Positions 56,655 to 64,000 of a stretch of 64,000 bases of DNA are shown in pieces (positions within the stretch are counted from its first letter, which is position 1; each line of letters begins with the position of its first letter). Under the pieces are notes generated by a model. The model was given only the letters and a program-made list of their open reading frames with translations, had not been told where the DNA came from and did no database searches. Origin of the DNA: Selaginella moellendorffii (Eukaryota; Plantae; Lycopodiophyta); assembly GCF_000143415.4 (NCBI RefSeq), contig NW_003314323.1, positions 314,499-378,498 of the forward strand. The letters run 5' to 3'. The position numbers and the translations under genes are program-made.

Positions 56655-58990
56655 TGTTGTGCATTCCATGCAGTAACACTTGGTTTTCTTAATATAGTGT
56701 TATTTTAATATATTAATCTAGTTTATCAAATGGAAATTTATAATTTATAAACATGAAATTAATCTTACTGCATATCAACCATTAGATGGTAGAATAAACT
56801 AGAATATAGTATAAAGTTCTTAGGAAAGTTTATACATTATTAACATGTTCATAAATTATAAATACTCAATTAATATAAATGAATAATAACCATTAGATTG
56901 TAGAATATCCCAGAATATCCAAGTATATTTTAGGTATATCCACAACATTTTTTAGTTTTGCTTAAGAAAACCAAAAAGTGAAACTGATATATAGTTTATA
57001 TAACAATTTTACTTCATACGTTAATTACTAGTTTAATCTATGATATATGTAAGAATTTTACTTTATCACTTTAATTCATGGTTTATTTAGTAGTTATAGA
57101 TATGTTTATATACAATTTTATAAAGTTACAATCAAACACATTGAACACTACAAACTATGATGAAAAGATTTCATGGACTCAGATTCAAACTCGGACTCCT
57201 GCCTATTGTACTAACTCCTACTTGGTATTATTTAGTTTCAACTACTCACTATACGAGCAATGAAACATTGATGCTAGTGTATTGTGATGTCTCTTATGTG
57301 TTCTTCAAGCCTCTAAAGGAAAGCATAACAAAGAAAATTCATGAAAAAGCAAAGTTACTTTATAATGCTAGTCTATAGATAGATTCAAAAACCAAAAGAC
57401 CTATCAACTTAGATTTGGATGAAAAGAAGAGTGTTACCTTCTAAGATGGATGGAGCTTTTATAAAATCATAGACTGAAAAGAAAAAACAGAAAGCCAAAG
57501 AACAGAAAAAAAAAAAAAAAAAAACTGTCTGGGCACTAATGGTTATGACACTGGGTGTGTTGGATGGCCATTGCTGGGTGGCCATGCCCATAGCAATGCT
57601 GCTTGGTGGTATGACTGTAGTGCTGCTGTCTGCTATGTTGAGCCATGGGTTAGACTGAGATAGACTAAACTAGGGCATGCTGGAGCTGGACTAAGCTCGG
57701 TTGTGGTGTGGAGCTAAGGAATCAACACCTGTGAAGCTCAACTACCATGGTACTCAGCTGCAATGGCCAAGGTAGCAACATCCACACATTGGAGCCTTCA
57801 ATTGCTCAAAACCTAAATAAAAATCCTAAAGTATTTATGGCTAAACTTTAAGAAGTTTTCTATGTAGGGTTTATTTACTCATATCATTTGAGAAGTCTAT
57901 TTCTCCTAAAGTCTTATCAAGTGTAATTTAATAATTTACTGCATGTTCCATGTAGCAACGTTTGGTTTACTTAATAGTAGTGTTATTCTTATTTATTAAT
58001 CTAATTAACTAAATGGAAAAATTATAAAAATGTTTATAATTTATAAATGTAAGATTATTCTTATTGTATATCAACCATTAGATGGTAGAATAAACTACAA
58101 AATACTAGAAAGTGTTTTGGAAGGTTTATAATTTTAAGCATGTTTAAAAATTATAAATAAAATATTAATCAAAATGAATAATAACCATTAGATTGTAGAA
58201 TATCTCAGAATTATCAAGAATACTCTAAGTATATCCACTACCATCTCAGTCCCCCTACAGTTTTGCTTTAGCAAACAAAAACTAAAAGTTGATAAGATTC
58301 TAAATCACTATTTATAACAAAATACTAGATATATCATAAGAGTAATTTTTTTCATTATGATTATTTTATTAAATTATTTAAATTTCTTATAATTATTATT
58401 TTAATAACATTACATAGAATTTTTATTTCTACTAATTAAAAACATTAATAAAATTCTAAATAATTTAAAAATTATAATTAACTAATTCTATAATAAGAGT
58501 GTATAGATCTTCTAATGGTTTAGAATGGACGGTGATTAGAATTATGATATTGTAATTCTAAATAATTATCATAACTTAGGATAATAAAGTTTAGGAATAA
58601 CTAAATATGTTCATAATAATCCTTTAGATCCTTTAACCCTAAACCCTTAAAAGGTTTTTGATAAGGTTTTTTAGTTTGCTTAAGTAAACTTGTAGAGGGA
58701 TTGAGATGGTAGTGGATATGAATATTTTAGGATATTCTACCATCTAAAGGTTGTTATTCATTTAGATTAATTTTGTATTTATAATTTATAAACTTTCTTA
58801 AACCTTTTCTAGTATATTCTTTTTTATTCTATCATCTAGTGGTTCATATGCAATAAAATTAATCTTGTGTTTATAAATTACAAACATGCTTATAATTATA
58901 AAATTTATTTGATCAATTGGATTAATAAGTAATAATAAACTTACTATTTAGCAAACCAAGCATTGCTACATGCAATACATAGCAATGTTT
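56655..58990. repeat. Three copies of a ~330-bp AT-rich repeat (56655-56975 +, 57935-58275 +, 58670-58990 -); the last two form an inverted repeat
   Basis: Shared catg.ag.aa...ttggttt..t.aata, aacca.tagatg.taga and aatgaataa.aacc.ttagat.gtagaatatc blocks; the last two copies also share atatccactaccatctca. Confidence 0.8.
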
Positions 58991-61199
58991 TATTTTTACC
59001 ATCATCTAACTTAAAAAAACATTTAAAATTAATAAAATAATATGCATTTATATATGTTTTGTTATTTATATAAATCTTTATACCTAATATTTTTATCTTA
59101 TTTTGGTGTAAGTGCTATGAGTTTATCTTTCTAAAGCCATAATAAATAGCCTGATTATAATGTTTTCTTATGCTAACTGTATGGATCAAGCACTATCTAT
59201 GTTGAAAACTTTGTATGGTCTAGTAATCAATTACTTTTTAGCTTTTTTATTATAATGAAACAATCTCTGATACTAATGTTTAATTTTCCCACCTTATTCA
59301 ATTGCAATGTAAGGGTAATTACGAAGGTGGATAGTCATTGTCATAATAACCATTTCAGGAGTGGCCCTTGGAACAAGTGTTGAAGTAATGTTTAGACTTA
59401 GTAGAGGAAGGGATTGAAAGCTAGGATTAACTCTCTTAATCTCTTTTACAATAGAAATTTTATGTAAATGAGTCTACAAAGTTCTATATTAAAAATAACA
59501 AAACTCTTTAAAGATTCTGGAGAAGATAAATTGTCTTCTTCTCTAACCTCATCACTCTCTATTAAAGGAAAAGCATCACTATTATCACTATTTTCATCTA
59601 TAGAGAGTTACATCACACAAACCTTCATATCCTCCATCACACAAAAATATAATAAACATTTGTCAATTGTGAATAATGAACTCTTGTCAGTATTTTTAAG
59701 CATGATGAGTGTTTCTTAATAGCTTTATGAACAATTATGACTATTAAGTATCATAGCTCAATAGGGAAGATTTGGTGCTCCTTGTGGAATGTTAAACATA
59801 TGATATACTCAAATTTTCTTTGTTGGATGTAAATCAAATGAAATGCTTCATTTTCTTAATGTAACAACAAACTTTATTGTAAATGAAAATATGTTCTATG
59901 TGAGTGCTCACACACCACAAAAACTTACAATTTTTACTCAGTAACCCCATCTATTATCACACTTTAAGCAAGTAAGGCATGAGCACTTACACACTATGTA
60001 TAAATATTATTAAAAAAACTTACACTCATGCTGGCGTGGTTGTGTGAGAACTGATTAAATCTCCAGCCTAAGAAAGAGAGGCCCAGATGCTGGCAGTGCC
60101 AGATGCCACACTCAAATTGCTGTGGTCAAGAGACAAATCGACAATGCCACCACAGATCTCACTATTATAACCCAAGGCTAAATGCTTTATTGAATCTGGG
60201 TGGGGCTAAATGCCCCACCCAGATCTAAATATCTTGCTAAGGAGCAATAATCCACCTGAAACAACCCTAAATCAGGTTTAGAAAGAACCACCACATATAA
60301 CTTGGTCACATTGCTATAGCTACTCTTCATAGAGTGCACTTATATTTGTTCCATGTGAATAGCAAATGTGTTTCTATCGGCGTCTCAAGTACCTCTATGC
60401 GAGTGTGTTTGTAAATCCTGTATTGGCATCTGCAGTGCACTACAAGGTTGGATCATATGCTCGTGTTTATTTCATGTTGTAAGGCTGCCACTGGCAAGCC
60501 TAGACTGCATCAGCAAGAGATTAGAGGCTAATATATTGGATGAGTTTGTTTAATGCACCTTTTTGGTATCAAATGAACTTATGTGATGATTCTGAGAGAA
60601 CTAGCCTTTGTAGTGTGTGTGTTTTTCTTTTATGATCTTTAACTACTATTGTGGCATCTTCTTGAAGAATTGAATACAGAAGGATGGCAGATGGTGAATC
60701 TGGAGTGAATCTTCTGCAAAGCCCAATAAGCGAAGTTGGGCTTGACATTGCCAAGGAGGTTGAGCACATCTAAGGAAAGATGCTAGCAGCACTATCTCAA
60801 ACAAGTGTCCAAGGAAAAAGATGCAGAAGAGGATGGTGCAACTATGTTTGCAGTCCAGCACAAGATCAAGAAAAGGGGCAGAAGTTAACTTTTCCTGAGA
60901 GAGATTTTGTGGGAGGATTGCAATTGGCACATGCCAAAGCCTAGGCAGTGAGGTAGTGGCGATGAATCTTTCTGCTGAGGGAGACCTTTTGGACGCGGAT
61001 GTTGAGGTGATGTCTGTAGGTAATGGGGCATGAGTAAGGACTTCACATATAGTGTGATGGGTGAGTGAGTTTGTGGTGACATAGGTGAGCTTATAGTAGC
61101 ATATTTGACCTACTTTCAGCCCCTTCAAGCCCAGGAAATTTGAACCTCTGATTCCGAGAATCAGGGTTGAGTGAGTTCAGGATTGCGTTGCAGCGCAGG

Positions 61200-61902
61200 T
61201 TTCGCTCGCCTTCCCGGGAGCAGTCCTGTGACGCACTACTCGGCCACCCCGGCAAACTCGTGCAAGAACTTCTCGCTCCAGCAGATCGTGGACGCGACCG
61301 ATGGCTTTGACGATGATCTGCTGCTCAGCATGGGCGGTTTCGGTAAGGTGCACAAAGGAAGTCGCTGTGAAGCGTGGGAATCCAATGCCCGAGCAGATTG
61401 AGATGCTGTCCAAGCTCCGCCACCACCTTGTCTCGCTCATCGGCTACTGCGACGAGAACTCCCCATACATTGTCTGTCATGCCATTCGACTCTTTTGTAA
61501 GTTTTGTGGTACGATTACGTGGCGAACGAGCCCCTCCGAGGACGTTGATGGTGATGGAAAATCGCTGCATCGTGAAGTTGCAACGAGTACTTCCAGAGGA
61601 CGTCGCCAATAAATGGAAGGCCGCTCACTTCCTCTATCAGCAAGGCACCTCTCGGCGATCTCTCCAAACTTCTGGAGAGACTCGGGAGTGTAGTCTCCGG
61701 CCAGCCTTGGATCCATGATATTACTCAGCCTTCCCAGCTTTTGCCAGTGGAGAGCCCGTAGAGATGTCCCGAGGATGGAACTCTGAAATGGCCCGGCAGA
61801 CACCGGATCGAGCGGCAGCCAACGATGATCGAGGAGAATGACTCGGAAGACACCTCGGCTAGCGTAGTCTTCTCCCAGCTTGTGCATCCGAAAGGACGAT
61901 AA
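61200..61902 (+). pseudogene. Rearranged remnant of the CrRLK1L kinase gene with internal inversion
   Basis: 61200-61540 matches 52213-52567 with deletions; 61541-61768 is the reverse complement of parts of 52567-53181; 61769-61902 matches the 3' end. Confidence 0.9.
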
Positions 61903-61985
61903 GTTATCGGTAAGTGTTTGATCTTCTAGACTTCCTGTTCTTCCTTTTTCGTTTCTCACTCTCGGAAACATCGCAGATTAGTTAT

Positions 61986-62997
61986 CTAAAATAGCAAGCA
62001 ACGTACCCAGTCGAGACCTCTAAGCAAGTTCTTGAGTGGCTTGGGTATTCTCATTGTATCTAGCACGCTTTGTCCGGGAAGAACCACCAGTACCTTACAT
62101 AAATAAATTGACTCGATATTGTTTTGAAAGAAGAAAGGATCACTTGCCTGTAACCTGCGTCTTCCCCAGTGTATAGCCTCGTTGTGTGATTGATGATACA
62201 GATCGATCCTTGCAGGACCTTTGATCGCACCTCCACGGTCTTCCACCTGATGAAGTAATAGAATGTAAAGATGAGAAGAATGAAAGCTCGCTAGAACCTT
62301 TCCCCAGCCATATCCTGGAACAAACATCCTGGTTCCAAAAGGATAGTAGTTTGTATCAGCTGCGATCGTTCCATGGCGCGGAAATAGTCTCCAGGGGAAA
62401 AGAATCAAACGAGCTGGGAGCTTGTGGTACTGCAAGAAACTGAGCTTTGAAAAAATTGGTGGTCTGGCCTGGAAAAAGAGAAAGAGAGAAAAAAAAGATG
62501 AGATACACTTCTAGAAGATAAAGAACATGGAAATTGTCAATGCGAACTATCATTTCTCTCATTTTTGTGTGTCTTTTCGTCCTCCCTTGACTCTCTGACC
62601 TTTGAAATTGACAGTATGATCGATCCAAAAGTACCTGAGCTGGGAAAGTGCCATTAGATGTAAGACCGTAGTATGGAGATCCAGAGAGACTAGTGGCAGT
62701 CCAAAACCTGGAATGCTCAGAGCCTAAGAACACGGGCAGCGTAAAAGAAAAAAATCTTACTTTGCAATGAGTGGCAATGCAGCTTCGTCCAAATACCCCC
62801 GTTTTCTCTTGCGGAAGCGCAACGGAACCCAGGATGGCGAGATCCCCAAGTAGTAGAAGCCTGGCAATTTGATTCCCCATTCCCAATTGCAGCAGTAGCC
62901 ACAGCTGCATGGAAGTCATGCCGATCGCCTGCGCATTGCAAATTCAAGCTTACCTGCAGTAGGCCGTGCACTCGATCAGCTTCTTGGACGGCGGCAT
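61986..62997 (-). CDS. 3D (Asp-Asp-Asp) domain protein, bacterial MltA/YuiC-like lytic transglycosylase fold, ~6 exons
   Basis: Manual splicing: MPPSKKLIECTAYCS|CGYCCNWEWG...|FWTATSLSGSPYYGLTSNGTFPAQ|..HGTIAADTNYYPFGTRMFVPGYGWGK|VEDRGGAIKGPARIDLYHQSHNEAIHWGRRRLQ|VLVV..LLF*. All three Asp motifs (AAD, EDRG, RID) are present. Confidence 0.88.
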
Positions 62998-63098
62998 TCT
63001 TCCCCCTACCCCGCCCAAGCTTAAGCCATTCTAAGAACCCTAACTTAAGAGCCCTAACAAACAGGGGAGCATATTCGATATTCGATTTGGTCTATTTT

Positions 63099-64000
63099 AT
63101 GCTTGCTGAGAGGAAGATCTTGGCGCAGCTCGTCAAGGCCGCCGGCGATGGCAGGGACGCGATCGATGCGCGGCGAATCCACGCGCGTGTCTTGCGCAGG
63201 GAGCTCGGCCGCGACCGATTCCTCCAGAATCTCATGGTGGAAATGTATGGCAAATGCGGGCGATTGGAGGAAGCCCTGGCGGTGTTCGAGGGCATCGATC
63301 AGCCAAACATCTTCTCCTGGAACATCATGCTCCAGGCGATGGCGCACAGCGAGGATCTGGAGGCCACGGTAGGGTTCTTCGAGCTCATGCCCGTCCGGGA
63401 CGCTGTTTCTTGGAATGCGATGCTCAAGAAGCAGTGCTGCTGCCACGAGGATGGAAGAGGGGAATCGATCCAGGCGCGGGATTTCTTCCAGAAGATGCCG
63501 CATCACGGCATCGTCGCGGCCACCGCGATGATCACAGCGCTTGGCCACGATCGCCAGGTCTCCCAGGCGCAGGAGATTTTCGACGCAATGCCTGGCCAGG
63601 ACGTGGTTTCTTGGACCGCGATGACGACGGCGCTGGCGGCGAGCGGCGATCTAGACCGCGCGAGGAGGATGTTCGATCGGATGCCGGAGAGGAACGAGGT
63701 GACTTGGAAGGCATCGATCCAGGCGCTCGCGGAGAGGCGATTCCTCCCCCAGGCCAGGGAGATGTTCCAGCGAATGCCGGCGCACGATTCTTTCGCGTGT
63801 AACGCGATGATCCAGGCGTACGTCGAGAGCGGCGATCTGGAGAGCGCCCGCGAGACATTCTCGTCGATGGAGGAGAAGAACGCCGTGGCGTGGAATTTGC
63901 TCATCGTCACGCATGCCTCGAATGGGTATGTGGAAGAGGCCGTGAATTTCCTCCATAGCACTCCACACGAGGACGTGATGCCATGGAACGCAGCACTCCA
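63099..64000 (+). CDS. PLS-class PPR protein (5' part, runs off the window)
   Basis: ATG 63099: MLAERKILAQLVKAAG..RRIHARV...FLQNLMVEMYGKCGRLEEALAVFEGIDQPNIFSWNIML..., apparently open to the window end. Confidence 0.9.
   Translation, partial: MLAERKILAQLVKAAGDGRDAIDARRIHARVLRRELGRDRFLQNLMVEMYGKCGRLEEALAVFEGIDQPNIFSWNIMLQAMAHSEDLEATVGFFELMPVRDAVSWNAMLKKQCCCHEDGRGESIQARDFFQKMPHHGIVAATAMITALGHDRQVSQAQEIFDAMPGQDVVSWTAMTTALAASGDLDRARRMFDRMPERNEVTWKASIQALAERRFLPQAREMFQRMPAHDSFACNAMIQAYVESGDLESARETFSSMEEKNAVAWNLLIVTHASNGYVEEAVNFLHSTPHEDVMPWNAAL

Noticed and set aside
59160-61130. Helitron/LINE-like coding remnants
   Set aside because: Coding-like texture but no diagnostic motif found by eye.
3680-62530. 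Duplications as haplotype-assembly artefacts
   Set aside because: Copies differ by many substitutions, deletions, an insertion and an inversion, which is more consistent with real decay; read support is still needed.
22336-62997. Bacterial/fungal contamination as the explanation for the MTase, 3D and MFS genes
   Set aside because: All three have short GT-AG introns like their neighbours and are interleaved or co-duplicated with plant genes and plant TEs.

Overview
Eukaryotic land-plant nuclear DNA. Very short GT-AG introns, tight gene packing and intronless PLS-class PPR genes suggest the lycophyte Selaginella (inference). Gene-rich blocks (about 1-16 kb, 39-54 kb, 61-64 kb) encode a malectin-like LRR receptor kinase, PPR proteins, a CAAD-like membrane protein, a GH27 glycosidase, a KSPK-tailed histone H2A, PRELI, TTC27, FZL, a CrRLK1L kinase and an intron-containing bacterial-type 3D-domain protein. 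They alternate with AT-rich, decayed transposon blocks, one of which contains a fungal-like MFS transporter gene. The most striking object is an ~8.75-kb TIR DNA transposon (29040-37789). It has a MULE/SWIM transposase on the minus strand and a divergent spliced cargo gene fusing a ParB-like domain to a bacterial beta-class N4C/N6A DNA methyltransferase fold. A shared GGTTCG-N3/4-CGAACC palindrome occurs at both ends and, more degenerately, three times between the two genes. A 5S-rRNA-carrying Cassandra-like solo LTR is nested in the transposase. Two local tandem duplications show reciprocal gene loss. All calls come from manual reading and translation; exon boundaries are approximate and no database searches were run.
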